In this document: piece by piece, positions 27,721 through 41,094 of the stretch
How positions within the stretch are numbered: the stretch's first letter is position 1
Layout: the number at the start of each line of letters is the position of its first letter
From: Lama glama
Lineage: Eukaryota
Assembly: GCA_028534125.1 (NCBI GenBank)
Contig: CM052832.1
Coordinates: 7,566,001 to 7,630,000, forward strand
DNA length: 64,000 nt
Direction: 5' to 3'
Notes under the pieces: model-generated
The model's database searches: none
Told to the model about the DNA's origin: nothing
What the model saw: only the letters and a program-made list of their open reading frames with translations
Made by a program: the position numbers and the translations under genes

Positions 27721-28218
27721 CTTAAATGTAAAGGAACTCTACGTTATATGTAAGAATTGACGGAGTGGCTCTTCATAACCTTGACTCTCCTCAGATCTCC
27801 AGGAGGTTTGCCCTGAGAGAGAAGCATGGCAGAATGAGTGGAAAGCATTTTCTCTGGATTCAAGCAATTCATCCATCCATCCTTCTACTCTTAAATTCAT
27901 TCAGCATTTACTTGAGATTCTTTTGTGAGTCAATCACTATACTAGGTCCTGAGGTTTTGACTATAAAAAAAGACAAAATTTGATTTCTGCCCTCACGGTC
28001 CTTTAGTGATCACTGGCAAGTCAAAATAACTGAGCATTCTGGTGAGGGGAATGCAGGCTCAATAAATGGTTGCTATTCTTCTTATTACTAAATTCGGTCT
28101 TGGCTTTTGAACCTTCTTAGTAGATTATTGGTTGTGTGATGGAGTCGTGTACGTACTATTTCACTTGCTATTTTATTTGAAATTTAGTTTACTCTGAGGT
28201 AAGGCATGTTACTTCTTT

Positions 28219-28306
28219 TTTTTTTTAATGTTTTTTATTGAGTTATAGTCATTTTACAATGTTGTGTTAAATTTCAGTGTAGAGCACAACTTTTCAGTTA
28301 TACATG
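28219..28306 (-). mobile_element. Extremely 5'-truncated young L1 (about 88 bp) with an 18-bp TSD
   Basis: Poly-T followed by ttattgagttatagtcattttacaatgttgtgttaaatttcagtgtagagcacaa. Flanked by aaggcatgttacttcttt (28201-28218) and aaggcatattacttcttt (28307-28324). Confidence 0.88.
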
Positions 28307-30586
28307 AAGGCATATTACTTCTTTAAGAAATTTTTTATAATTAACTTTAGAAAGGGCCATAGAATTAGCTTCTGTGTGGTTTGCTGAAGAGGGCATAAAA
28401 CAAAATAATAGAACTAGGATACATTTAAAAACATGAAATAGTATAAAATGTCAGAGTTTCTCTAAAAGGGATTTGTCAGGAGTACCCATCGGTGTATGTC
28501 TTTTTATTCTTTTGAAGGTAACTTTTGTTTGGATAACTTAAAAATACTCTGTGAAATCATTCTTCAGGAAATATTAAGTAGAAATACTCCCCCAAACCTA
28601 TGGTAATTCTAGCTACACAGAGAATTCATGTAATTTAGCATGTATTTTTCTGGCCTAGAAAATGCAGAACAGGTAGTATTGTGTGACGTGAGAGCCCAAA
28701 GGTAGGTGTAATGTGTAGCTCTGAAACTGACTTCCAGCTCGATCAAACTACTCTTTATCTACACCTTCTGATTATGTAATGGTAAGATCTGTACCTTCGT
28801 TGCCGTAAAACGTCTGGAGAAAGCGTGAAGAGTAAGTTACAGATCTTATAAAAATAGAACATCCCGTAAGTCTTGCTCAGGTCCTCACTGTTCTGTAGCT
28901 TTAACACATCAGATTTAACAGGCGGTTCTTGAGGGACTGGCGTAGGCTTTTCTTACCCGTGTGAACTGTGGGGAGAGTCAGACTTTGCTCTGATTAGAGC
29001 CCCTCGCTCACCAGGTATGAAACCAGCAGCGGTTGGGTTTTGCTGTTGTTGTTTTAATCACCCTCTCACATACAGGATGTTTAATCTCTTGGGTTCTGAC
29101 TTACTGTAGAAAAATTTTAGAGCAAGATTAATCAAATAACTACCATCTTTATGATGAAAAATAGAGTCCCAGTCCCGTTTTGTCTTCCACCCTCAGACCT
29201 GTGTAGAGTTTTTTTTTTTTTACTATTTAGTGTCTGGGTGAAGTTTAGAAGATTCTTCTGCCTGCCCTTTTCCCGGTCTGTTGACGAGCTACATACATGG
29301 TGACGGCGTTGAAGCAATGCTCAGTGTAGTTCTGCTTCCCTTCATCCAGGCAGGATTTAGGATCTGACGTCCACAAGTATCTTCTGTTCCGGGGACAGAA
29401 CATTTTAAATCAGGCCTTGGTAGCTGAGTATCGGGACAGTGATTACCATTCACTTCCACCTCTCCACCAAGGAGTTGCAGCTCCAGTAAGGCAGAGAGGG
29501 TCGTTTCTCGGGAGAAGATCCGCACCAGCACTGCAAACGGAGCATGCGCGTCTCCCGGTGCTGATGCGCGTGTGCGGGCCTTCCTGGGCTGCTCTGTTTA
29601 GTCTTGTGGAAATGGCTATTTGACTAAGACATCTGATTATACTGTCCAGTTAAGTTTTTTATAGAATCAATCAGTATTTTCTTTCTCAAAGAATTTAAGT
29701 TTGTTCTTTTGAAAATGAAATCCTTCTCTTTTAAAAGATACATCTCAAGGGTTTTCTTAGAGATCAGTCCACCAGCTTGTTTATAAAACACCTTGGCAGA
29801 GAAGAGTTTTAAAATATCATCAGATTTAGGAACACCACAGGATTTACCACTAATTTACATTTAATGTTTATAGTTCTCAAAATGTGGTTGTTGTAATAAC
29901 CAAAATATTTTTGCCCTGAATATTTTGTATTATGTTTCCCTATTCTTTCTCCTTCACCCACATTCTCCACAGTAGGTGGGCAGATTGTTGTTACACAGTC
30001 TGGCTTTTATTTATCTTTATTAGTTTAATCTCAGCAAGTTAGTCCTTCTAAATATGAAGTTTAATGTGTGCTGTGGAAAGAGTTTTGTCTTTTTAATGCC
30101 ATCGTTGATTTAGAAGAATTAACAGATCATTGCTTGTTTGGTATAGATAATTTCCTGCTATTCCTTTATTTGCATCCGTGCTAAGGAGCTGCCTTTTAGT
30201 TCAGTTCTTTTTGTTGCCACCACTTGATGGTAAATCATGCAAATCAAGCTGTTCAGTGCAATTAGACTTAATTCCTAGATCACTGTATTCCTTATTTAGA
30301 AATAGGAATTCTGCAGTAGGCTGTGAGTACTTAGTGATCTGTGTCATCTGTTGCATCTGGATGACTGTCAGGAACTCTCTTTTTAAAGCAATGGGTCCAA
30401 AAGGCAGATCAGATCCTACCAGTCTTCCACTTTCCATGACTCTCCATTTTCTACAGAAGAGTGTTAATTCCTTAGCATGTTACTAATATGTCTTTTATGA
30501 TCTGGCCCCAACCAGCTTTTCATCTTCATCTCCTACCATTCCTCCTCTCTCTCTTTTCCCATACTGCCCCACCAAACATGCCTGTA

Positions 30587-31086
30587 NNNNNNNNNNNNNN
30601 NNNNNNNNNNNNNNNNNNNNNNNNNNNNNNNNNNNNNNNNNNNNNNNNNNNNNNNNNNNNNNNNNNNNNNNNNNNNNNNNNNNNNNNNNNNNNNNNNNNN
30701 NNNNNNNNNNNNNNNNNNNNNNNNNNNNNNNNNNNNNNNNNNNNNNNNNNNNNNNNNNNNNNNNNNNNNNNNNNNNNNNNNNNNNNNNNNNNNNNNNNNN
30801 NNNNNNNNNNNNNNNNNNNNNNNNNNNNNNNNNNNNNNNNNNNNNNNNNNNNNNNNNNNNNNNNNNNNNNNNNNNNNNNNNNNNNNNNNNNNNNNNNNNN
30901 NNNNNNNNNNNNNNNNNNNNNNNNNNNNNNNNNNNNNNNNNNNNNNNNNNNNNNNNNNNNNNNNNNNNNNNNNNNNNNNNNNNNNNNNNNNNNNNNNNNN
31001 NNNNNNNNNNNNNNNNNNNNNNNNNNNNNNNNNNNNNNNNNNNNNNNNNNNNNNNNNNNNNNNNNNNNNNNNNNNNNNNNNNNNNN
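30587..31086. other. Assembly gap (500 N)
   Basis: Run of exactly 500 N. Confidence 0.99.
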
Positions 31087-31212
31087 TATGTTGAAGCCCT
31101 AACCTCTAATGTGATGGTATTTAAGGGGCGGGGGGGCCTTTGGGGTATAATTAGGTTTAGATGAGGTCATAAGGGTGAGGCCCTCATAGTGGGATTAGTG
31201 CCCTAATGATGA
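31087..31212 (+). mobile_element. MLT1A/MST-type MaLR LTR 5' fragment, apparently inside an L2 remnant (about 30380-31310)
   Basis: tatgttgaagccctaacctctaatgtgatggtatt...gggattagtgccct. The L2 3' end (cactcaataaatatgtt) resumes near 31285. Confidence 0.75.
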
Positions 31213-32629
31213 GGCGCAAAGCTTTGTCTGTTTTCTTCACTACATTATCTTCAGTGCCCAGAACAGTATGTAGCTATAGTACACACTCAATAAATATGTT
31301 ACACAAACAAACAAATTAATAATAATGAAGTTATTTCCAAACATCTGTAAGTCATAGATGTTTCATCATTTGGAAAGCACTGATTTCTTAATACTTTGAT
31401 CTTTAAAGGGATACGTAAAGTGTGTTGTTTTTTTTTAAATATGTGTTAGTAGCATCCAGTGGTCATCACAGACAGCAAATTTATAACACTTGTCTTCTAA
31501 ACACGGAAAACATTCATTTGTCTTTGAGGTCTATCGCTTTGAATTACTTTGCTTGGAGCTAAGTTGTGAACCTTCGAGTAGTATAAAAGGTTTTTATGTT
31601 CATTCTCCATCTCAATTCATAGTGTTGCAAAGATTCTATTACTGGTGTTTTTTATTTTTTGAAAATCGACACAATGAAGACATCCTCCTACACAAAGTAA
31701 GGGGAAAGAAACTGTGACGACCTCAAACTGAGCAAATGCCACAGTCAGCCCGTCCGCATGTCAGCACTGCTCTCCCCCAGGATGTTTCACTTACTACATG
31801 CAGTTACTGGACATATGGACAAATGCAGGTAGCAGTACGTGTAAAATGCGTTTCACTTTTTAAATTAATAGAAATAGGTGTTTCCATTTTGAACACCCCA
31901 TCCTTTTTCGTACTTAATCAAATAGAAAACAAGAGACACATAAAAACTCAAGTTTTTTTTTACTGCTGGGATGTTTCTGTAAATACCTCCTTTAATATCC
32001 AACCATTTTTTCCTGTACATAGGCCAGTTATCCTGCATTAGGAGGGAGACTCTCAAGAGTTTTTCTTCGTTGTTGATAGACCCTTCGTCAGTAGAAACTG
32101 GCTCTCTTGTCCCAGTGAATCCCTAGGCTTGTAATAGTCTTGCCTGTCTTTACTGTCAGTCTTTCTCAGCCAATTGGTTTGAGTGTAACCATCATTAACA
32201 GTATATTGTTTTGTGTGTATATAGTGGAATTTTGTGTTTTCCCCAAAATCTTAAGATTTTTTTCCCTTTGATTTCTTTCAGTTGAGGAGATGAGGTTACC
32301 CTATTTACCTCTATTTACATAACAGTTATCTTTTTAATCTTACTTTATTCTTCTGCTTTTTTTTTTTTTTGCTTTCCTGCTGTTTTTCTTTCATTACTTT
32401 TTATTTGTAATTTCAGAGTTTACTTGTACTTAAATGTTTCAGTGGCTGTTTTTAAATTCTGAGGAATCATGAATTTAATATGTCTCAATTTATCAACCTT
32501 AAAAATGAACTAGTATTTTTAAATTTTTTATGCCATCTACTGTACTAGATCCTGGGGATATAGCATAATTTTCACAACACAGTTGTTTCCTTGACAGAAT
32601 TTGTAATATAGCAGAGAAGTAGACATAGT

Positions 32630-32805
32630 AGTAATAGTAAGAGCCCTGTGTGGACTTAATACATGCCCAGACGCTGCTCTAAACCCTGACATAGGTATCA
32701 GCTCACGTCACCGTCTACCCCATGAGGTCAGTCCTGTTATTACCGCTCTTTGCAGACCAGGACCCGAAGCACAGGGATTAGGTAACTTGCTCAGGATCAC
32801 AGTTA
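32630..32805 (-). mobile_element. MIR SINE
   Basis: Core-like ttgcagaccaggacccgaagcacagggattaggtaacttgctcaggatcacag. Confidence 0.7.
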
Positions 32806-35800
32806 CAAAGCAAAGGTGTGAGGAGGAAAAACGCATGGGTGCTTGCACTGCCTGGAAAAGGAAAGTAGCAGGAGAGTGTCATATTTCTTCCAACCCAGAA
32901 AAATTTATCTGAAAGAAATTCCTTGAGTTTCATTGTGTGTGGTTACTTGCTGCCCTCGTTTCAAGGCAAATGGTTATTTTGCTTTACTTTTGCTTCTCTT
33001 TGGTCATTTCAGGTAATTTCTGAACAGAATCACACATTTTACTAAAGAACAGCCTTGTCAGATTTGTTTTACAAATGTGAAACCTCATCACTTAAACCCA
33101 CTATTTTCAAAACCATAGTTGATAAGAGATTACTGTTTCTTCTTTCAGAAATTTCAGAAACACATGAAGGGCCAAGGACACTCAGTTGCTTACCTATTGA
33201 TGTGAAATCGCAGTGCTTCGCTCTTAATCATTAGCTGAAAGGGACTTTCTCTAAAGAATGTTGGTCAGCAAGGAACAGAGGTCAGGTAGTTTTGAACCAT
33301 AGAAAAATTGAAAGAGCAGAGAACATTAAGTGATGTGCTATGTTGTATGTTTGTGGGAAAGAGAAAATTCAAGAGAGAGATGCTAGAAAGTTGAGATTTA
33401 AGAAATAAAACAAGATACCAAACACCAACTTTCTGTTTTTATAATTTTGCACAATACTGGACATGGACAAAATTCTCTTAATTTTTTATGCCTCTTCTGA
33501 TCCATAGATAAGCCGGGTAGAGTCTAGATGCCTATGATTAAATAGGTTTTTGTATTAATACTTTCTGTGTTAATTTGTGATTACTTGGGAACCTGCCTAC
33601 CATTTAAGACAAAATTTTATGAGAGGATGCAGTCTGAATTTAAAACAAACTCTTAGGATATAATACATTTGTAAGTTGGAGGATTTTATACTTTAGTTTT
33701 GAAAGTGAATTTCTGTGTGTTCACACATTTTCAATACAACAGAGCCGCTTACTTTCTCTGGAAACTGTTTTGTCCAGCTGGTTTTCTCTGGCAACAGAAA
33801 ACTCCTGGTATTAAAGAATAGTTAAAAAAAAAATATTGGCACCTCCACCTGATTTTTTTTATAACGTTATTTAGGATGATTTTATTTCCTAAGTAAAGGA
33901 CTTTATGACTGCATCTAAGACTTTATATAATTTATGTCCAAGCTACTGGCAATGTCCTGATGGTAAATTAAAGATGCGTATTAATTCAATGGTCAGTTTT
34001 TTCAGGATGATGACGCAAACTTGTCATGGGAGTTATACTTCAAAAAAGGTTACCACTGTTCTTTCTCTGATTGGTATACAACTGTACAGACATCGTGGAT
34101 TCATGAGACTAGGGATGACAAACTGAATTTATGAATTCACTTCTAGTCCATATGATGGGTTGTTTAGAAAAATGTTTAACTCTGCTTGTAGACACATTTC
34201 TCATGTAAGGATCTGTATCTGCTAAGCAACCCAAGGATGGAAATACAGCTTAGCCTCAGGAACGGCAACTCAGACACCAGTGAAATCAGATTTCTGTTCA
34301 TTATCTCTAATCTCTTGCCTCTCTCTCCACAGAGGCTTAATTTTTCTCTGCCTGTAGACCAACGTGGTTTACTTGGTGGATGACAGTCCACCGGCAGGTG
34401 CTGCAAAGTTAACTTCCTCACCTGGAGAGAGGCAGACCCAACCCCCTGCAGTGACCATCTCCAGTCTCAGGAAATGGCATCCGGTTGGCCCAGTTTGTGT
34501 TGGGCGCCCAGGCCGGGACCGGGCAGCGTGGCTGGAAGGCAGGATCATGCGGTAACCACTCTCCTAGGGAGGCTTGTAGGGCAGCCCTGTAGGGATGGAG
34601 GCAGCAAGAGTAGACAGCCAGCGCCTTAGCTGTTTACTGCTCAGACCATCCCTCCGTCCACCCGCTCATCGTTCAGAGCGTGCCCGCATACATGCAAGAG
34701 TTGTTCTGAGACTATCAGTGTTTTACTTCCAAAGTGATGATCATAATCTTCATCTAAATCTAATTTCTTCGTAAAAGCTACAGGGGATACTGTCCAGTTA
34801 TCTTAGACTTAAAAGAAAATGGCTAATGAAAGAGTAAATACAAAAATCCCACTAAAGTTCACAGAACAAAAAAAGTAAAGTATTCTTCAGTCAAGCTTTT
34901 TCTCTAAAGAAGTATCCTCACTTAAAACCGTAAAACATTTCAACAAAAACATTTCTTCAAATATGTTATTTTAAATACTATATTACTTAAGCAAATATCT
35001 AAATTCTGTATTAGTTTCTCTGAATACTTGACTTGAATTTAATTCTACCTGTCTGCCAAATATGTTGAAACTTCAAATCCATTTTTGTTAGCCAGGTTAA
35101 ATGTTTATTTTGTTTTCCCACATAATATGCTCTTTAAAGTGTCACAGGCATACCAAATATGATTTCTTTTTAATACGGACTTGGTAGGGTTTTTTTCTTT
35201 CTTCAGTTAATGGTATAGGATATGCTTCTCTTAAGGGACATGCAGAGGTCCGGCCATGTTCCCTGCCTACTGAGGGTGTCTACTGGCTTTGTTAGCTGTT
35301 GGAAAATGGACAAGAACTTTCTTTAAGGAAGTTTAAAACGTGTCCACTAAGTATACCTGCATCTTCAAAGCCTCACTGTTATTTTCATATAATCAGAATG
35401 CCAAAGGCTTTTCTAGAACTGTAGAATTTCTAGTTTTATCCCACAAGTGACTCTGTATAGACTAGTACAGTGAAGAAGTCTTAGGCTACGGTGACTTAGA
35501 AGTAACTGACACTGTTTGATTATGTTTCCCTTTTCCTCTGCTCATCTGTGTTGAAAAACATCCACTTGAAAATTTTGCTCTTATTTTCAAAGAACATCAC
35601 CATGCCTTTGGCTACTACAGTCTCCTAGATATACTGCGCTAAAAAAGCCATTTGCTGATAGCTTTTAGCGTATATTTTATTTATTTTAAAAAGACAGATT
35701 TACTATTCAGCCTCCACATGAATTGCATAGTGGTTGGTATTTTTTGCCAAGTCCATTAGTACGTCTTCTTAGATTTCTTGTATTGGACCTCGTTCGTGAC

Positions 35801-36339
35801 AGGAGCCTCTCGAGGGGGAGGTGTTTGAAGCCGGAGCAGTCATGATCTTCTTCTTTAACTTCCCTGAGAAAGTGTACCTGGAATTCTTTTTCCTTTCTCC
35901 ATCTATTATGAAAGTGCAGATTCTTATGAACGCCTCAGTCTCTCTTCCATCATCAGTATCACCAGGCCTCCTGGTTTCCTCGGTCCAGTGCCCTTCTGTG
36001 GGGGAGATGGGAGGCACAACGAAAGTTGGTGCAGGAGTCAGGTAGCTGGAAATATTGCCATCCAAATGCCACATCCCTCTTTGTACCTTGCAGCTGCATT
36101 TAATCATAGCACTGAGTTGTGGCCCGTGAAATGTAAGCATAAGTATTCTACTGGACTTCTGCTAGTGTTCTTAAAATAGAAGGGTTGCAGCCTTTTTCAT
36201 ACCTTTCTGTGTTTGATTGCTTTATCCAGATGTGATTTCTGGAGCTTTCTGAATCATGAAGACAGAGCCACAGCCTACACAATGTTGTATGTCTGTTATA
36301 TCCCAATAAAGCAAGGGGTGGGGCGGGTCAGGGAACAAG

Positions 36340-36430
36340 TGAGTGAATGAATAGGTAGGTAAGTAGGTAGGTAGGTAGATAGATAGATATACATACAGGA
36401 TGACTGGATGGATGGATAGACAGACAGAGC
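36340..36430. repeat. Compound tetranucleotide microsatellite (TGAA/TAGG/TAGA/TGGA/CAGA)
   Basis: Directly visible tandem units. Confidence 0.85.
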
Positions 36431-36479
36431 GAGCTTTTAAAAGGTGAGTGGGTGGGGAGGGAAGGGGAGCCACAGCTTA

Positions 36480-36655
36480 GAAATGTCAGAGCAAATGCTG
36501 GAAGAGACCAGGGCCCTCGTGACTTCAGTAAGTGGTTATATTAAGCCAGAACTATTTATCTCCAGAATTCATGTATATGAGGAAAAATAAACGTCTATCT
36601 TGCTTAAACAACTATAATTTGGTATCAAATTGTGTGCAGCCAAAATTATTTAACT
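36480..36655 (+). mobile_element. MLT1-type LTR 3' fragment
   Basis: tgaggaaaaataaacgtctatcttgcttaaacaact...tgcagccaaa resembles an MLT1 3' terminus. Confidence 0.5.
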
Positions 36656-37939
36656 AGTAAAACCTGTTGGATGAGCCCCCTAGGTTGATAAAATTGAGAA
36701 TACACTTCTAGAAAGTAATTCGTTTCTTAGGATAGACCTGGTCTGGGTCTTTTACCTACATCGTTGATTGTCCTCTCTTGTTAATTCCAAGATAATTGAC
36801 AAACTAAGTCTGTTTTTCATATTAAAGGAATATTCTGTCATACAGCCTGTGATTTTCAAAGAACTGTCCTACCCCCACGACAAGTGTTCATGTCTTAATG
36901 TGTTTCAGCCTAAGTCTCATATTAATTAAAAGAGTTTTGTTTATCAGAACTTAGGAACATCAAAAGGTTGAAGAAGTCATTCAGCATTTATTAGTATGCT
37001 TCCTGCTTCTAAAATTCCAGAGGGAAGTAGGGGAAAGAATTTGATTTTAGATTTTTTGTTTGTTTGTTTGTTAATCAAAATATCCATCCTGCTACTTAAG
37101 AAATTAAAATACTGTGCTATAGAAAATAAGTACCATCTGGGCTGTGTGTTTTCCTGCCTCCTCTAAAGAACACTATGCAAAGGAGGGCATGCAAAGTAAC
37201 AGGGCATGATCCATTTAACCCTGCTTGAGGGACACCTGATGTGCTGCCGGAGGAGGATTACTTAGAAGTAGTATATAAATCAAACTGTAGTTTATTTCAT
37301 CCTATTGTAAATGTACCAGGAAAGCACCAATATAAAAGAACTCTTAAGAGTATTGCTTTTGTGCAATGAAGAATCTTACTTTATTATTTAGGCAAGGTTG
37401 TATTTTCATGGTGTGGACTGTCAACATTCATCTCAGTGTTGCCGCTGTGTGTGTGTGTTTGTGTTTGAATTCACCTGTAACAGTTGGTAACATCCAATCT
37501 GGTCATGGGATCACTGTGGCCCCAGTGGTCATCGGGGTGGTGGGACTTCTCTGACTGGCTGCATTCTGCTCTCCCTGCTTTCACCTTCCCCCTGTTCCTC
37601 CTCCGTGGAGCCTTCTTGTTGCGTCTTCCTCTGTGGAAGAGGATGACCTTCCCCACAGATGAGAACATGCTTTACGTCACTACAGTGTGTTCCCCACTTT
37701 AAAGCTACAAACTAACAACACAGGCACGCCTGCGCCCACGTGCGCAGACACACACTACACACTCTCAGAGTGTTTAGCCCATGTGTTTCCCTTGGCATCA
37801 TTTTCCTAATTCAGGATGTCGGTCATCACAGAAGAGTATGAAGTCTTTATTATCGAGTGACAGATTTTTTTCTCTGTCTCTTACCAAGCGTTTGCTACAT
37901 GCCTGCCTCCTTTCTGAGTTCTCTTTGTACTGCACGGTA

Positions 37940-38150
37940 TCAGCTCTGAGTCAGACAGACCTTGGTGCTCAAATCACAGTTCCATCTTTTATCTTGTCTG
38001 GGATATCCTTGTGACCCTAGACAAGTTACTAAATGTTTCTGACTCAGATTCTCAACCGGGGCCACATCTTAGAACTGTTGGGAAGGATTTGTGGTAACAT
38101 CTGGAACGTACCTAGCTCAGTGCCCAGCACCTGTGTGTCTAAGAAACAGT
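37940..38150 (+). mobile_element. MIR SINE
   Basis: ctctgagtcagacagaccttggtgctcaaatc...tgtgaccctagacaagttactaaatgtttctgactcag. Confidence 0.7.
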
Positions 38151-38786
38151 ATCAGTCTTCAACAGAGTCTTCTTTATAAAACGTGCAATGAGGCTCAATT
38201 CCTGTGGATGTACATACAAATGAAATTTAGCTTGGGTACAGTCTTCCTTTCATAGTGACTACAGTCAACCAGTCAAAGAATTTACAGCATATGAAAGGTC
38301 AAGTTGCTGGAATATCTAACACTGACTGCTGTCCCCAGTAAACTGACTCAGAAAAAGTGTGTAGCCTCAGAAGGCACTGTGTAAGATAACTCCATAACGT
38401 TGGTCCACTCAGATCTTGCTAAATATCCTGTTCACATTAGAATGCATTTCTAAATCTTATCACAACATAACTCAAGTTTTGGGGTTTTCAGTTCTGTAAA
38501 AACTAAACCAGTTTCTTATCAGAGCTACTGAAGAGGTTTTCAGGTAACATTTTTTAGATTATGGCAAATCTAGGTCTCTAGCATTGTAACATGTAGCAGT
38601 AATATCTAGTTGAATTGTCTGGTAATTTTACTTGGCTAATTCTATCTATATTCAGTTAGAAAATGTTCTATGTGAGGAAGGAGTTTTGTTCTGTAAGTCA
38701 GTGATCTAGCGGGAAGCTCACTGGTTTCAGAGAAGGAATCTTAAGTCTTTCTAGCAAAATGCCTTAAGGAAAAACAACAGAAATGT

Positions 38787-38870
38787 CCATCCAAGTACTG
38801 AACACACCTGACCCTGCTTGGCTTCTGAGGTGAGAAGGGACAGGGAGTCTCCGGGCTGGTGAGCCTGCGG
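38787..38870 (-). pseudogene. 5S rRNA pseudogene (3'-truncated, diverged)
   Basis: ccatccaagtactgaacacacctgaccctgcttggcttctgaggtgaga aligns to the reverse complement of 5S rRNA (CCATCCAAGTACTAACCAGGCCCGACCCTGCTTAGCTTCCGAGATCAGA). Covers about nt 3-86 of 5S. Confidence 0.85.
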
Positions 38871-38945
38871 GAAGAGGACCCAGGAATTCTCCGTTACTGT
38901 TTTTGCAAATTTTCTGCAAATTAAAATTATTTCAAAATAAGAGGG
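38871..38945 (+). mobile_element. Old L1 (L1MC/MD-type) extreme 3' end
   Basis: ggaattctccgttactgtttttgcaaattttctgcaaattaaaattatttcaaaataa matches the recalled L1M 3' terminus. Confidence 0.65.
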
Positions 38946-41094
38946 TTTTTTTTAAGCCACAGAGAGTCAGTGAGATCAGTGTCTTCATTTATAAAATGGA
39001 GATGATATAATAGGTGGTCTTCCTACCCACACAGCTGTTGAGAGAATCAACAAGGCAGTATCCATAACATCAGAAACGCTGCTGTGCTTTGAGTCTTCCT
39101 TGCTGACCTCACCCGTTTAACTACCTCTGATCTTTCGTTCTTCTCGCTGCCAAAGTGGTCTTCGCTTCTCTAAAGATTTCGTGGTTACTTTCTGTAAGAT
39201 GAAGCACTGCCTAACATCACCACGTTGCTAAAACAATTTTCCTTTCTTCCCCCTTTGGAATCCATTCCACACCCGCTGTGGCCTGCCTGCTGCAAGCCTG
39301 CTTACTGAAAAAGTCGGCCTAATGGCGGCTGACATTTAATCAAATAACAGTTATAATACATTTACTCATGAGTAAAGGCTGATTAAAATTTGGGCACTGA
39401 CATCTAAGGATGGGAATTTCATCATCAAATATCTTAATAGAAACCATTTTGTTAAATAACCATAATTATAGGTTTTACATTTATGATTCCAGGGGATTTT
39501 GCTGTTCTGCATTCTTTGAAGCCCAAGAGGAGGTCATAGTATTCAGGCTGCTTGAAATACTGAATCTAAGTACACGCCAGGCTTCTTTGGGAGATAAGTC
39601 CCTACAGGACTATCCTTCCAAGATTGTGAACCCACAGTTATTTCAAAGATGAGTCCTGTTTTTGTTTATTTTTTAATTAGTTAGGCAGAGTTTTTTTAAA
39701 AGATAAGAATTGAAAATAGGCATTAATTTTTTGAATGTGTAGACATTTCTGCTTATTCCTGTTAATAATTTGGGAACTTTTATTTATTACATTGGAAACA
39801 AAAGCAACTTGGATAGTGATGATTGCTATTGTGTTCTCATTATAGTCATAGCTGGTCAAGTCTGTTTCTGTGTGTGTGTGGTTTTTTTTTTTTTCATTGA
39901 TTAAATCTTGGCAGACTCAGGAAGTCCCTTTCTTCTTTTTGTTTTGTGTTAACTCATGCTTTCAGCCAGATCAGTGTGTGGCAGGTTTCTGTTGTGAACT
40001 TGCTCATTTCTGACTCATGAAGACAGCTCAGCCAATTATGGGCAAAGAAATGTCAGCTCTAAAATGATTAAGAGCATTCTCTTTAGGGGAATAAACAATG
40101 TAATTTGGTTTGTTTTGCTTCTCATCTTAACTCAGATGGTGTCCAGTTATAAAAGCCTATTTTTCTTCTACAACATATTCCCTTGCGAATTTCTCCTAGA
40201 CTGGTGACTTCGTTTCTTCACTGGTTCATCATGTAATAGTTCATCTTTATTATTCGTCTTTCTTGTTTTTGAATTTTTAAAGCATGTGTGATTCAAATTT
40301 ATTGCTTAACATGTTTTTCTATACCCCCCTTTTATTTCAGAGTTTGTTTACAGCAGTATATTCCTTCTATTGAAAATTCCTAAATGAAAAATTTTACTAT
40401 CTTACTGGAATACCATCTTAATTAGAATACTTAAGGTTTACTATGTGAAGTGCAGTTTTTAAATTATTTTATAAACTGGGTGATTGAAACCATCACCATA
40501 AATTATAGGAGGTGGAGACTGTAAGCTGGTTATTTAATTTATCACTGAGCCAGTTTTCTCTGCTACTTCTCAGCATTTCCGGCAGCAAGAGTGTAGCGTT
40601 GGGATGGGAGTGGGATTCATATGCGAGGTAAGAGCAGGTCCGGGTGTGTTGGCTCAGGAGGTTTAGAAGGAGGAGCATTGGTTCCGGTGTCTGTTTGACA
40701 AGTGCTCTTTCATACATGCTCTGTGGATAAGCCCGTCACTTTTGCAACAGACCATGATGTCAGCACCAAGCAGGGATTTGATGGAAATGACACATGATTA
40801 CATTTTTTAAAGGTCACTCTGATGAGTTGGGGATTCGATGTTCCTTCAGTGTTGCGGTCGTCCTGTGAGTCCCATGTGTGAAGTGGTCTCTGTTTTGAAA
40901 CGAGATATGGAGGCACGTGCTTGCTCCTTGAAGGACAGGCAGTGTAGGAAAGCACAGTGGTTTTCAAGTTCTGCCCTGCAATTTCTGGTGTTTCATTGAG
41001 AAACACCTGGCAGAGGAGAAGGAAAATAGGAGGGCTCTAGGGCTGCATGCCTGACCTGTGTCACTTCTGCGTTAGCGGTGTCATCCATGAGGCT

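Noticed and set aside
30488..31102. Long ORFs of 185-228 aa in the track (also 56876-57569)
   Set aside because: They are open only because they run through N gaps and translate as X.
37721..37760. Palindromic ctgcgc-ccacgt-gcgcag containing an E-box
   Set aside because: It is embedded in a degenerate (CA)n tract, so microsatellite decay explains it best.
38787..38870. Functional 5S rRNA gene
   Set aside because: It lacks the 3' ~35 nt and the terminator, has many substitutions, and is a single copy in an intron.
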